A stretch of DNA of 63,316 bases, counting the filler, from Chlamydiia bacterium (lineage in GTDB: Bacteria > Chlamydiota > Chlamydiia > Chlamydiales > FEN-1388), in the NCBI GenBank assembly GCA_903848235.1. It is 12 parts of 12 records of this genome, joined end to end, with 100 filler letters (N's around TTAATTAATTAA, not from the genome) between each part and the next. Parts side by side here need not be neighbours in the genome. Positions count along the whole stretch, not along the records: positions 1 to 8,949 come from CAINFV010000228.1; positions 9,050 to 14,612 come from CAINFV010000231.1; 10 more parts are not named here. One strand, given 5' to 3'. A model generated the notes under the pieces. The model did no database searches. It had not been told where the DNA came from and saw only the letters and a program-made list of their open reading frames with translations. Shown here one piece after another: positions 1 through 9,572 of the stretch. Position numbers and translations under genes: made by a program. Every line of letters starts with the position of its first letter. Within the stretch, counting starts at the first letter, position 1.

Positions 1-279
1 ACTAGGAGTGTTTTTTGATGGTCAAATCTCAAGCCTTTTCCGCGACAAAAACACTGCAACTTTCAACTGTCAGAGGTATATTCATCTTCTTGTTCAAGAA
101 TCGGTATAAACAGTACGATGTTGCCGTTGCCAGCCTACATCGCGCGAAAATAGGTAACCCGACTTTTAAAAACCACCCTCTCTAAATTCCACAGGGCGAT
201 AAAATCGATAGATTTTGCAGATACATGTCTCCTATTATTGTATTTAAAAAAACGCCAGCCCAAAGGAACCCAGATATAG

Positions 280-2355
280 ATGGCTTACGCTGATAGTATA
301 GAAAAGGTATTAAGGACAACTTTTGGGTTCCAAGAGTTTCGTCCTGGCCAACGTGAAGCCATCCTGACGTTGCTCAACCATGGCCGAGTCTTGTGCCTAC
401 ACCCTACTGGCCACGGAAAATCGCTTCTCTATCAGCTGCCGACATGTTTACATGATGGGATTACAGTAGTAATCTCTCCTCTGCTCGCCCTCATGCGAGA
501 CCAAGTAGCCCATCTGAACGAGCGTTTCAACATTCCTGCAGCCGCCATCAACACCGACCAGAGTGACGAAGAAAATGCCTGGGCTAGAGAAGCTGCCTTG
601 AATGGAAAAATCAAAATTCTCTTTCTAGCTCCCGAACAGCTTGATCATGTCGATCGGTTCGCCTTCTTGCTCACCCTTGATATAAGACTGATAGTCGTTG
701 ACGAAGCCCATTGCATCTCCACATGGGGACATGATTTTCGCCCGAGCTATAGGCAGATCCTGCATTTTCTCTCCGAAGTGACGACGAAGAATCCCCAGAT
801 AAAAATACTCGGTCTTACAGCAACAGCCAACCACCGCGTCGAAGAGGATATCAAACGGCAGCTGACGCTCACTGACAAACCAGTTGTCGTCTTGCGAGAG
901 ACGATGGACCGCCCCAACATCTCCCTTTCGGTGATTCATCAACGGGGGTTGCCAGCTAAATTGACAACGTGCGCCCACCTGCTAGAGCACAATGAGGGAT
1001 GCGGACTTGTCTATTGTGCTACAAGGGAAAATGTGGAACTTGTGGCAGAATTTCTACAGATGCAGCAAATGAATGCCGCAGCCTATCACGCAGGATTTGC
1101 CCCAGAAGAGAAGAAAAAACTACAAAAAGGTTTCTTAGGCGATCAATACAAGGCCCTCGTCGCCACCAATGCCCTTGGCATGGGTATCGATAAGGGAAAC
1201 CTCCGTTTTATCGTCCACTTTGACGTTCCAGGATCCATCACTGCCTACTATCAGGAAGTTGGCCGCTGCGGCCGTGATGGTCAGCCGGCTCATGGGTTTT
1301 TACTATTCGACCCATCCGACCAACGTGTCCAAGAGTATTTTATCGAATCTGCTTTTCCTTCTCCGGAAGATTTTGACAAGGTTCTCCAGGCAGTGTCTTC
1401 TGCAGAACAACCACCGAACTTAACAGCCATCAAACGGATCAGCGGATTGCATCCCACGCGTGTCACCATCATCATTGCTGAACTTCTCGAACAGGGATTC
1501 CTCGCCAAGAGCAGCCTCCACGGCGTCCAGATTTATTCCAGACTCGACAATGCTGCCCCTCCCGATCTCTCCCGCTACGTAAATCAGCTCACCGTAAAAA
1601 AAGATGAACTCCGAAAAATGCTCTCCTACGCATACCAAACAGAGCACTGCCGTATGGCACTATTGAGAGAGACCTTAGGGGACACCCTTGTAGCGAACTG
1701 CTCGCATTGCGACATTTGTAGCCCTATGTTGCAGCAGTCTAGCCTAGCAGCAAACGACCACGGGAAGGTTGCAGAATGGCTGAAGGATCGACCTCTCCCC
1801 ATTGCACCGATTGCTCTCTATAAACTCTCCGCAGGTGTCAGTATTCTCGATAGCAAGATACGCTCCCCGCTCTTCATTCGCTTTATGAAAGAAAGAGCCT
1901 CTGTATCAACTCATCAAGAGATGGATGGAGAACTGCTTGATCTTCTTCATAAGCATTTTAAGGAGGCAACGCTGGGCAAAACGATAGGCGGAATCATCCC
2001 TATTCCTTCGACCACATGGAAAGCTCGCGACAGTATCCTTCAGCTGCTCTCGAGTCACTTCAACATTCCTATCCTGCACGAACTGCTCCGCTGGAAAGAG
2101 CTTCCTCCAAAAAGGCAGGGAGAGCTTCTCAACAACGACCAACGCCACCATAATGTTCATCAACGAATGGAGGCCAATCCATCTATTCCTATTCCTTCAG
2201 GATCCTTACTGCTCTTCGATGATTACATAGGCTCAGGGAATACTTTGAAGGAAGCTGCTAGAGCCCTCCGCTCAGAGAAAACCATTAAGAATGAGCTAAT
2301 CCCATTTACTATCGCCGCCGTGAAGTGGCACCTCGGGAAACCGGGATTTTCTTAG
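280..2355 (+). CDS. recQ: RecQ-family ATP-dependent DNA helicase with C-terminal PRTase/ComF-like domain
   Basis: PTGHGKS Walker A, DEAH, LTATA, ATNALGMGIDK, YYQEVGRCGRDG, CRM..CSHCDIC Zn motif; C-terminal LLFDDYIGSGNTL PRPP-binding motif. Confidence 0.9.
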   Translation: MAYADSIEKVLRTTFGFQEFRPGQREAILTLLNHGRVLCLHPTGHGKSLLYQLPTCLHDGITVVISPLLALMRDQVAHLNERFNIPAAAINTDQSDEENAWAREAALNGKIKILFLAPEQLDHVDRFAFLLTLDIRLIVVDEAHCISTWGHDFRPSYRQILHFLSEVTTKNPQIKILGLTATANHRVEEDIKRQLTLTDKPVVVLRETMDRPNISLSVIHQRGLPAKLTTCAHLLEHNEGCGLVYCATRENVELVAEFLQMQQMNAAAYHAGFAPEEKKKLQKGFLGDQYKALVATNALGMGIDKGNLRFIVHFDVPGSITAYYQEVGRCGRDGQPAHGFLLFDPSDQRVQEYFIESAFPSPEDFDKVLQAVSSAEQPPNLTAIKRISGLHPTRVTIIIAELLEQGFLAKSSLHGVQIYSRLDNAAPPDLSRYVNQLTVKKDELRKMLSYAYQTEHCRMALLRETLGDTLVANCSHCDICSPMLQQSSLAANDHGKVAEWLKDRPLPIAPIALYKLSAGVSILDSKIRSPLFIRFMKERASVSTHQEMDGELLDLLHKHFKEATLGKTIGGIIPIPSTTWKARDSILQLLSSHFNIPILHELLRWKELPPKRQGELLNNDQRHHNVHQRMEANPSIPIPSGSLLLFDDYIGSGNTLKEAARALRSEKTIKNELIPFTIAAVKWHLGKPGFS

Positions 2356-2371
2356 GAATTGTCTTGCCATG

Positions 2372-3544
2372 TCAAGTCGCCATTTTTTGCAGGCGTTTGA
2401 GGACTGTTGACGCGTTGGGACGACGTGCTGGGTCGGAATCAATCATCTCAAAGATAAGAATCTGAAATTTTTCAAGTGGTGAAAGTGTCATCCCCTTCTG
2501 TTCTTTCTCGAGCAGCGAACCAATTTTTTTCAATTTTTCACGTCTGTACTGATCAAGGATGCGTTTATATATCTGTACCCGGCGTGAATATGCGTAGGTA
2601 TGCAAAGCATAGACATTATAATTCCCACGCCATGGCACGGATTGATTCCACGCCATATAATAGTAATTGCACCCCATAGCATATATATCAATAGGGTATC
2701 GACGAAGTTTCGAAAATGGTGTAATTAGAGCTTCTGGAGGATTTCGAGATTTTGCCGCTTGAGGCACATCACCATCTCCAGCTTGATGAATGTTCATCGT
2801 CTTTCCAAAATCGACAAGCGCAGCCTCAAGAAGGCCTGAAGGGGTACGCCGCAAGAGAATGTTGCCTGCATGAAGATCTCGATGGATAAGATGAAGAGCA
2901 TGCATCGATTTCAACCCTCTTGCACAGTCCCTGGCAATCTTTAGTTTTTGTTCGACTGAAAACTCATGAATCCACTTGAGCTTACTGAGAAGGGATCCTT
3001 CAGAAAAATATTCTAAAAAAATTGAATATTGATTTTTTGATCGTGCTACAGACCCTAGAAACGGAACTATACCTCGACAATCCTTCAGTTTTTTCAGGAT
3101 AGAAATTTCACGAGCCCCTGACGCATCCGATAGACAGTCTGCAATAATTTTTGGTTTTTGCGTGTACAAGATTGCCTTTTGTACAATCTTATGACAGCCA
3201 CTTCCAATTTTACTTCGTCCTCCTGGAAGGTCTCTGACAAGAAATCCATTTAGAGATGAAATTCGTTCAATCACACATGGCAACTTCGTCTCACTCTGCG
3301 AGAAGACTCTGTTCGAACCATCTGATGAATGTTTCTCAATGAATTGACATACAGAGAGCAACTCTTTGTGTGTCAGTCCAATGGTACTATCTAGGTTCCA
3401 GATGAATTCCGCACGTTCTTCGGCCACTTCACCCTGAGCCATCAAAGACAGTGATGAGAAAGAAAAAAAGAAGATCGTCAGGAAGATCACTCGTCTGTAC
3501 GTTCCTACTGGCAATGTCGTGAAAAATGTCATGTGCGTCCCCAA
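2372..3544 (-). CDS. Eukaryote-like protein kinase with N-terminal signal peptide/TM; WNK-like lysine placement
   Basis: IHRDLHAGN, DFG, PPE, DIYAMG, DPARRP motifs; hydrophobic N-terminus. Confidence 0.85.
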   Translation of the reverse strand: MGTHMTFFTTLPVGTYRRVIFLTIFFFSFSSLSLMAQGEVAEERAEFIWNLDSTIGLTHKELLSVCQFIEKHSSDGSNRVFSQSETKLPCVIERISSLNGFLVRDLPGGRSKIGSGCHKIVQKAILYTQKPKIIADCLSDASGAREISILKKLKDCRGIVPFLGSVARSKNQYSIFLEYFSEGSLLSKLKWIHEFSVEQKLKIARDCARGLKSMHALHLIHRDLHAGNILLRRTPSGLLEAALVDFGKTMNIHQAGDGDVPQAAKSRNPPEALITPFSKLRRYPIDIYAMGCNYYYMAWNQSVPWRGNYNVYALHTYAYSRRVQIYKRILDQYRREKLKKIGSLLEKEQKGMTLSPLEKFQILIFEMIDSDPARRPNASTVLKRLQKMAT

Positions 3545-3595
3545 TAAAGGTCCAATGAGACTGGAAAAAAATAACTCATCTTTTTTTCCCGTCCC

Positions 3596-3763
3596 TAACC
3601 GGAGTTTACTTGTTATGGAGCATCATCTAACGCGATCTTCCTCGCACATGTGTGTGGATGGGTTTGGTGTATTACCTGCTAGTAAAACCGCCAAACCAAT
3701 CCACGCAACTGTGACGAGGCACTTCGCATTATCTGATGCCCCCTAACTTGTAAACTCCGGCTA
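3596..3763. mobile_element. Short palindromic MITE-like element
   Basis: Terminal inverted repeats taaccggagtttac...gtaaactccggcta, 168 bp, intergenic. Confidence 0.55.
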
Positions 3764-4179
3764 AGACCCGTCAATTTGAAAGAGTTTGAGTTTTTAACCG
3801 ATGCGCCACCTGCTGTCTGGAGGCAATGTGAGGCTCAATCCTACTGCGCGCTTCATAGTCAGGAAGACTATATTTTATACAAAATTTATGCCATCAAAAA
3901 TAGCGACAATTCCTACCTTCCCTGAAGGAATGTGGCTCCTTGCCGTCATTGGATACAATTGGGAAAAAGTTTCGCATAGCCTTTTTCTTGAACAAGAAGA
4001 GGCACATCTATAATTTTTTTTCTTACTGAAAAATTTATGGCCTACAGCGTTTGGAACACAGTTTATTGAGAAATCAGAAATATTTTTTCGAATTTTTTGT
4101 TGAAATTTTTCGAAAAAATGCTACAAGGAGCCCTTACTGGACTTTGTACAATTTTTGGGGAGCTTAAGAGAGGCTCTAT

Positions 4180-5160
4180 ATGCTTTTTTGTCGTTCCATT
4201 GATCGTTCGCCTATTAAGAAAGGGATTCTGCTCGTCAACTTTGGAACACCATCGTCTCCATCCCAAACAGATGTACGCTCGTTTCTTCTCGAGCTCTTTA
4301 AAGATCAACATTTTCCCCTTCCACCCCTCCTTCAACAGCTTATTGTCCGCACATTCATTATTCCCTTCCGTATCAACTTTGCTGCATCACGGTACCGCGC
4401 CATATGGACCGACGAAGGCTCACCGTTACTCGTTCAATCCAATAAATTTGCTGCAAAGCTTGCTTCTCATCTTCCTGAGGACACTGCTGTCGCTGTTGCT
4501 ATGCGCTATGGCAATCCCTCGATTTCAGACGCTGTAGAAGAGCTCATAGAGGTCGGTATTGAAGAGCTTTCCGTCTTTCCGCTCTTCCCACAACAAGTAC
4601 CCTCGATGACTCACTCGATCATTTCATCCATTTTTCATCAACTTCCCCGCCATTGCCCCCTCCCCCGTCTTACCTGCATCCCTGAGTTCTACAAAGAGCC
4701 ATGGTACATCCAGGCGTCTGCAGAGAGACTAGCACAAGCATCCCCCGCACTGTACGACCATGTCATTTTCAGCTTCCATGGCATTCCAGAAAGAAGCTCC
4801 TCACTTTCTTCACTCTATCGAGACCAGTGCGAACATTCTGCCCGCGCTATCGCTCATGCAGCAGCAATAGGCCCTGAAAAATTTTCCATTTCTTTCCAAT
4901 CCAAGGTCGGATATGGAAAGTGGACTTCTCCTTCCACAAAAGAAGTGCTCGACACTCTTTTGAAAAATGACAAAAAACGAGTTCTCGTCATGTGCCCTTC
5001 CTTCGTGGTAGACTGTATAGAAACCTTGGGGGAGATTGCAGGGGAATACCGTGCGAATTTCTTAGGTCAAGGCGGAGAGTTCCTCGGACTTGTTGAATGC
5101 CTCAATGATTTTCAGCCTTTTGTCGAAGGCGTTGCATCAACCCTCAAGGCTTCCGCTTAA
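4180..5160 (+). CDS. hemH: Ferrochelatase
   Basis: GILLVNFGTP, GSPL, MRYGNPS, FSFHGIP, FQSKVG, DCIETL motifs; exact start uncertain. Confidence 0.92.
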   Translation: MLFCRSIDRSPIKKGILLVNFGTPSSPSQTDVRSFLLELFKDQHFPLPPLLQQLIVRTFIIPFRINFAASRYRAIWTDEGSPLLVQSNKFAAKLASHLPEDTAVAVAMRYGNPSISDAVEELIEVGIEELSVFPLFPQQVPSMTHSIISSIFHQLPRHCPLPRLTCIPEFYKEPWYIQASAERLAQASPALYDHVIFSFHGIPERSSSLSSLYRDQCEHSARAIAHAAAIGPEKFSISFQSKVGYGKWTSPSTKEVLDTLLKNDKKRVLVMCPSFVVDCIETLGEIAGEYRANFLGQGGEFLGLVECLNDFQPFVEGVASTLKASA

Positions 5161-5178
5161 CGTTGTGGATTTGTCTCT

Positions 5179-6432
5179 ATGATACTTCAATCACCATTCT
5201 TCACGACTGTACTCAACAGCTTCCGACTGCTCTATAAAAGGGTGCTCCAAGATGGCCTTCTAAAAGAAGCCTCTGCACTGACCTATCAGTCGTTTTTAGC
5301 CATCGTCCCGCTGTTAGCGGTCATGTTTGGCATTGCAAAGGGCTTCGGGCTCGAGCAGATCCTTGATCGGTGGCTTCAGAAAGATTTTGCAGATCACCAA
5401 GAGGTATTGTCATACCTGCTGCAGTTTAGCCAATCAACACTCAAAGAGGCGCAAGGGGGGGTGATCGCAGGGATTGGCGTTTTCTTCCTCCTCTTTACAG
5501 CTATCCGTCTCCTCTCGTCAGTTGAAACATCGTTAAACAGCATGTGGGGAATACATCGTGGGAGAACCTCTCTTCGCAAGGTGAGCCACTATCTTGCCAT
5601 CCTTCTCACCTGTCCTATTCTTCTCGCTATATCCAGCAGTGTAACCATCTTCATCACAACACAACTTACCACTCTGTCAGAAGCTATCCCCATCCTCTCT
5701 TCTGCTCATTCACTCTTTCTCAAAGCTCTCGCTCTTATTCCATTTGCGATTTCTGCGTTACTCTTCTCTGTCATCTTATATTCCATGCCATGCACTCCTG
5801 TGAGAATCATTGCTGCCTGTTGTAGCGGCTGTATTACGGCTGTCGCCTTCCAATTCATTCAATCGTGGTACATTCTCTTCCAGTTACGATTGACGAAAGT
5901 CAGTGCTGTATATGGAAGTTTTGTAGCCCTTCCGCTCTTCTTAGTTTGGCTGTGGATTAGCTGGCTTCTCATTCTTGTTGCAGGTGAACTTCTCGTCTTC
6001 TTTCAAGAAAAAGGATGGAGATCGTATGTGCTACAGTATACAGATTCGGCTGTAGAGAAGGTAGACATAGACGCTCAGGTATTAGCCTGTGCAAAAAACA
6101 GTTTTGATCAAGGAACGCCCCTTTCCATTGCTACTCTCTACGCAACACTTCCTCGCCCTATACGAGCCCTGAGCACATCTCTCCGACGTCTTGAGGGAAG
6201 AGGCTTTATTCTAAAAGGATGTTCCGAAGACACTGCCACACCTGTTATTCCTAGCAAAGCCGCCGCTACCCTGTCGTTATCTGACCTCGTTTTTCCCGCC
6301 CTACCGCCGCAAGGGGCAGAAGTGTCCCCCGAGGTTGTCGCAGCATTAAAAGCGTGGAAGGCAGAACTTGCCAAAAGCCCGTTCAATCTTTCAATTGATC
6401 AGCTGCCTCCAGCAACAATCTGCTTGAGTTGA
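5179..6432 (+). CDS. YihY/virulence factor BrkB family inner-membrane protein
   Basis: ASALTYQSFLAIVPL, VYGSFVALPLFLVWLWISW motifs, multiple TM segments. Confidence 0.88.
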   Translation: MILQSPFFTTVLNSFRLLYKRVLQDGLLKEASALTYQSFLAIVPLLAVMFGIAKGFGLEQILDRWLQKDFADHQEVLSYLLQFSQSTLKEAQGGVIAGIGVFFLLFTAIRLLSSVETSLNSMWGIHRGRTSLRKVSHYLAILLTCPILLAISSSVTIFITTQLTTLSEAIPILSSAHSLFLKALALIPFAISALLFSVILYSMPCTPVRIIAACCSGCITAVAFQFIQSWYILFQLRLTKVSAVYGSFVALPLFLVWLWISWLLILVAGELLVFFQEKGWRSYVLQYTDSAVEKVDIDAQVLACAKNSFDQGTPLSIATLYATLPRPIRALSTSLRRLEGRGFILKGCSEDTATPVIPSKAAATLSLSDLVFPALPPQGAEVSPEVVAALKAWKAELAKSPFNLSIDQLPPATICLS

Positions 6433-6911
6433 CGGATGGATTGTGACGTAGGCTCCCCACTTGCATTCCAGAGGATCTTCCCCTTTTCATCGACGAGAAA
6501 GACTTGCAGCTGTTCGAGTTCGCGGTAGGAAAGATGGAAGAGAGATGCCGTCTCTTCAGCATTCGAAAAGAGCACGGACACATGGTGTGACAAGTGCTCG
6601 GGGATTCGTTGACGAATCAGCGCCATCAGCGGCTGCCGAAAGAACCGATTCCCCATAAAAGAAGGAAACACAGGGACAACCCGCACACTCAGGCGTCCAA
6701 TGATTCCTTGCTGTTCGCAAAAAAGCGTATACCATCGAGTCAGGGCCCGCCGAGCTTCTCCTCTGCATCCAACAAAAACAAGTTCTTTTTGACCACTGGG
6801 TAGCGAGGACATCTCGCCTTTAAGAGTGTAGAGAGCTAGCGGCGGAAAGGTTGGAGATCCGTGAAGAAATGAACAGAGGACTAGGGCAAGAGCGAAAACT
6901 CGTTTTCTCAT
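6399..6911 (-). CDS. Exported hypothetical protein (possible thioredoxin-like fold)
   Basis: Signal-like MRKRVFALALVLCSFLHG; VFLVDEKGKILW motif. Confidence 0.55.
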   Translation of the reverse strand: MRKRVFALALVLCSFLHGSPTFPPLALYTLKGEMSSLPSGQKELVFVGCRGEARRALTRWYTLFCEQQGIIGRLSVRVVPVFPSFMGNRFFRQPLMALIRQRIPEHLSHHVSVLFSNAEETASLFHLSYRELEQLQVFLVDEKGKILWNASGEPTSQSIRQLKQIVAGGS

Positions 6912-7022
6912 CAAAGAGCACCTCCTTCTCCTTTTTTGCTCATGGAAAAGAATGGTCCCTGAAAGAAAAACTGTCAAAGCACAAGATCTTTTTTTTTACC
7001 CCGGCTAGCTACTAGCCTGGCG

Positions 7023-7430
7023 TTACTTATGTCCGCCGCTATGTCCGCCGCTCTTGGCTCCCCTGTGTGGCATTTGCTCCGGTTGTTTTAGCCGCTCACG
7101 GTGTCCCGCATAAACTCGATGATTGTGCCATGGGTGGTACCGATATTGATGTGAATAATAATTGTAGCACGGATATCCATAGCCATAATCGTACGAATAG
7201 CCACTGTAAAATGGATAGTTGTCGTAATAATAGTAATCTTCCTGAGGTAGTTGTGAAAAGCTCTCATACGGAGAATGTGGAGCATAATACTCCTGATTCC
7301 CTGGAAGATTCGAAAAATCCCGGTAGGCCCTCGACGAGCCGACATCTTCTGGATTTTGAACGGGCGCCATAAGGTGGCTTGCCAGAACCACTAGAAACGC
7401 AACAGTCATTACCTTGCTGCTACTGCCCAT
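7023..7430 (-). CDS. Secreted Tyr/His-rich low-complexity protein
   Basis: GGAGG RBS before ATG 7430, hydrophobic leader, YYYYDNYPFYSGYSYDYGYGYP tract. Confidence 0.55.
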   Translation of the reverse strand: MGSSSKVMTVAFLVVLASHLMAPVQNPEDVGSSRAYRDFSNLPGNQEYYAPHSPYESFSQLPQEDYYYYDNYPFYSGYSYDYGYGYPCYNYYSHQYRYHPWHNHRVYAGHRERLKQPEQMPHRGAKSGGHSGGHK

Positions 7431-7553
7431 ACTGCCCTCCCTTCTTTCCATCTGGATTATACCACAAAAATTAAAAACTTTTCTTTTTTTATTACCCATT
7501 CTTGCTGGACTTTAGCATTTTTTGGGCACCGAGTTCGCAGAGGGTTGTCTCTC

Positions 7554-7615
7554 AGACGATTGCATTTATCATAGATCGTCTTGGGTTAGACCATCTATGA
7601 TAAAGGCAATCGTCT
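7554..7615. repeat. Long imperfect inverted repeat (hairpin)
   Basis: agacgattgcatttatcatagatcgtct / agaccatctatgataaaggcaatcgtct, 28-bp arms. Confidence 0.8.
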
Positions 7616-7659
7616 AAAGAGAGAACGAATGCGAAGGGTAAGGATTTTTCATTACAAAC

Positions 7660-7689
7660 AAAAGGGGGCTTTAAAAAAAGCCCCCTTTT
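7660..7689. terminator. Bidirectional intrinsic terminator
   Basis: aaaagggggct-ttaaaaaa-agccccctttt just downstream of the DUF378 gene. Confidence 0.7.
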
Positions 7690-7718
7690 GTTCGGACAAA
7701 GACAACCGTTCCGAATCG

Positions 7719-7925
7719 TTATTTGCACCATCTGGCATGAATATGTTGCCAGAAAAAGATTTTGTAGATAGTTGATAAACCAACAAGAGCAAAGATCAAG
7801 CGAGAGATCCCCGATCCCATTCCAAAAATAAGGGTTACCAGGTTAATGTCGAAGATACCGACAAGACCCCAGTTAAGCCCCCCTATGAGTATCAACACTA
7901 TTGCGATGACATCGATCACCTTCAT
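7719..7925 (-). CDS. DUF378 family small membrane protein
   Basis: LILIGGLNWGLVGIFDINLV...FALVGLS; AAGGAG RBS. Confidence 0.9.
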   Translation of the reverse strand: MKVIDVIAIVLILIGGLNWGLVGIFDINLVTLIFGMGSGISRLIFALVGLSTIYKIFFWQHIHARWCK

Positions 7926-8074
7926 ATGTTTCTCCTTGAATTGTTTTTTTTGGGCCAAATTTCACAATACTTTTTACATATCATACCGCCGAATTTTTTT
8001 GTCCAGAATTTCTTTTATGTCTTCGCTTAAAATGGTAGGATTGGCATAGAACAGAGTTTATCTCGAGGTGTTGA

Positions 8075-8947
8075 TTGGAAGACCAGCTCTTGTCCCTAGA
8101 GCACCAGGCTCTTGTCACCAAACTGTGCACGGATCTTTCCCTCCTTCTGTCAGAGTACAATTTTGCCAATCTCTATCTTTTTCGAAAGACCCATGAATAT
8201 CGTCTTATCGAAACAATGGGCTCTCATTTTTGTATATATGGCACATCACAATCAGGACATACCTTCCTCATGCCTCTCTTTCATCCAAAAAGCTGGGATT
8301 CCTGTATTGAGTTAGCAGGCGAGTACAATGTCGATTACCTCTTCCCAATTGCAGAGACATGGGCTCTTGAAGCGGCCTCTCAAGGACATTTTCTTTCCTT
8401 CTCTGAAGATGATAGTGACTATCTCTATGACGCAGAAGTGATACGAACATATCGAGGCAGGCATCTTGACGGTCAGAGAAATCTCGTGAGAGGGTTTCTT
8501 TCCAGTCACACAGTTGATGTATACCCATTAAACAGCAACACTCTCCCCAAGGCACGAGTCATCATCGAAAAATGGTCACAGAAAAAGCCTGATACGGACA
8601 GGATCAACGATGTTGATGCGTGCATAGAAGGAGCAGAACGTACTGCAGAGTTAGGACTCGATGGATGGGTGTATGAGGTCGATGGGACTCCAGCTGGACT
8701 TCATCTCGGAGGGCCCCTGACGGCCACAGTGTATATGTATCATTTCTCCAAGGCCTCTCCTGAGTTTCGAGGCCTTTCAACATTTATGCATCAGGATGTT
8801 GCAAAACGAGTTGACCCAAAGTATAGAATTCTCAATTGGGAGCAGGACTTGGGCATTGAGGGGTTGCGCCACGCCAAGCGATCGTACCACCCTCAAGCTC
8901 TCGCCACCAAAGGTCGGCTCGGAGTAAAATCACGAAACATGCTATGA
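8075..8947 (+). CDS. DUF2156 / phosphatidylglycerol lysyltransferase-like GNAT-domain protein
   Basis: SEYNFANLYLF, DSDYLY, HFSKA, NWEQDLGIEGLRHAKRSYHP. Confidence 0.88.
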   Translation: MEDQLLSLEHQALVTKLCTDLSLLLSEYNFANLYLFRKTHEYRLIETMGSHFCIYGTSQSGHTFLMPLFHPKSWDSCIELAGEYNVDYLFPIAETWALEAASQGHFLSFSEDDSDYLYDAEVIRTYRGRHLDGQRNLVRGFLSSHTVDVYPLNSNTLPKARVIIEKWSQKKPDTDRINDVDACIEGAERTAELGLDGWVYEVDGTPAGLHLGGPLTATVYMYHFSKASPEFRGLSTFMHQDVAKRVDPKYRILNWEQDLGIEGLRHAKRSYHPQALATKGRLGVKSRNML

Positions 8948-8949
8948 CT

Positions 8950-9049
8950 NNNNNNNNNNNNNNNNNNNNNNNNNNNNNNNNNNNNNNNNNNNNTTAATTA
9001 ATTAANNNNNNNNNNNNNNNNNNNNNNNNNNNNNNNNNNNNNNNNNNNN
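8950..9049. other. Artificial contig linker (also 14613-14712, 29427-29526, 31493-31592, 35001-35100, 38875-38974, 41599-41698, 45988-46087, 49569-49668, 58454-58553, 61600-61699)
   Basis: Identical 100-nt N-run with central TTAATTAATTAA (stops in all six frames). Confidence 0.99.
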
Positions 9050-9084
9050 ATCGGTCTCAAAAAATGCTAAAGTCCAGACCGGCT

Positions 9085-9249
9085 AGGGACTGTAAAAAAA
9101 TAACATGTGCAAGTTGGCTGAGCGTGCGGCCATCGATCTGCCGATGGATCGTTCCTCGCCCATAGCACGCTATGGGGCTCGTTACGATCCTCGACATCTC
9201 GACGACCTCGCTCACCCAACTTGTACATGTTATTTTTTTTACAGTCCCT
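9085..9249. mobile_element. Palindromic MITE (family A)
   Basis: TIR agggactgtaaaaaaataacatgtgcaagttgg / ccaacttgtacatgtta...tacagtccct; core shared in reverse orientation with 37143-37305. Confidence 0.75.
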
Positions 9250-9572
9250 TATTCGTTTTCCTGGCCTGTCAAATCAGATTAACGAATCAACATTCTCATG
9301 CCGAGTTTTGCCAGAGCCGCCATCTTTTGCGCGTAGTCGGATGTTATTGCAATGCGCCGCTCTCCAAAACTTGATCATTGATCAGCAATGATCAACTATG
9401 AACATGTTTTGGAGAGCGGAATGTGAGTATGCGTTTTTTTACGGCTTGTCCTGCTCACGATTCCTGTTTGAGTCAGATAGTCACCAGCGTACGTGAAAGC
9501 AGTGCCCCAAAAATCAGAAAGTTCAGTAAAGTCCAGGAAAGAGATAATCAGGGGTGAGGAAATTCTGCTAAA

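Noticed and set aside
8950..9049. Recurrent TTAATTAATTAA palindrome inside N-runs, and ORFs running into them
   Set aside because: Artificial contig spacer; gene neighbourhoods across these linkers are not biological
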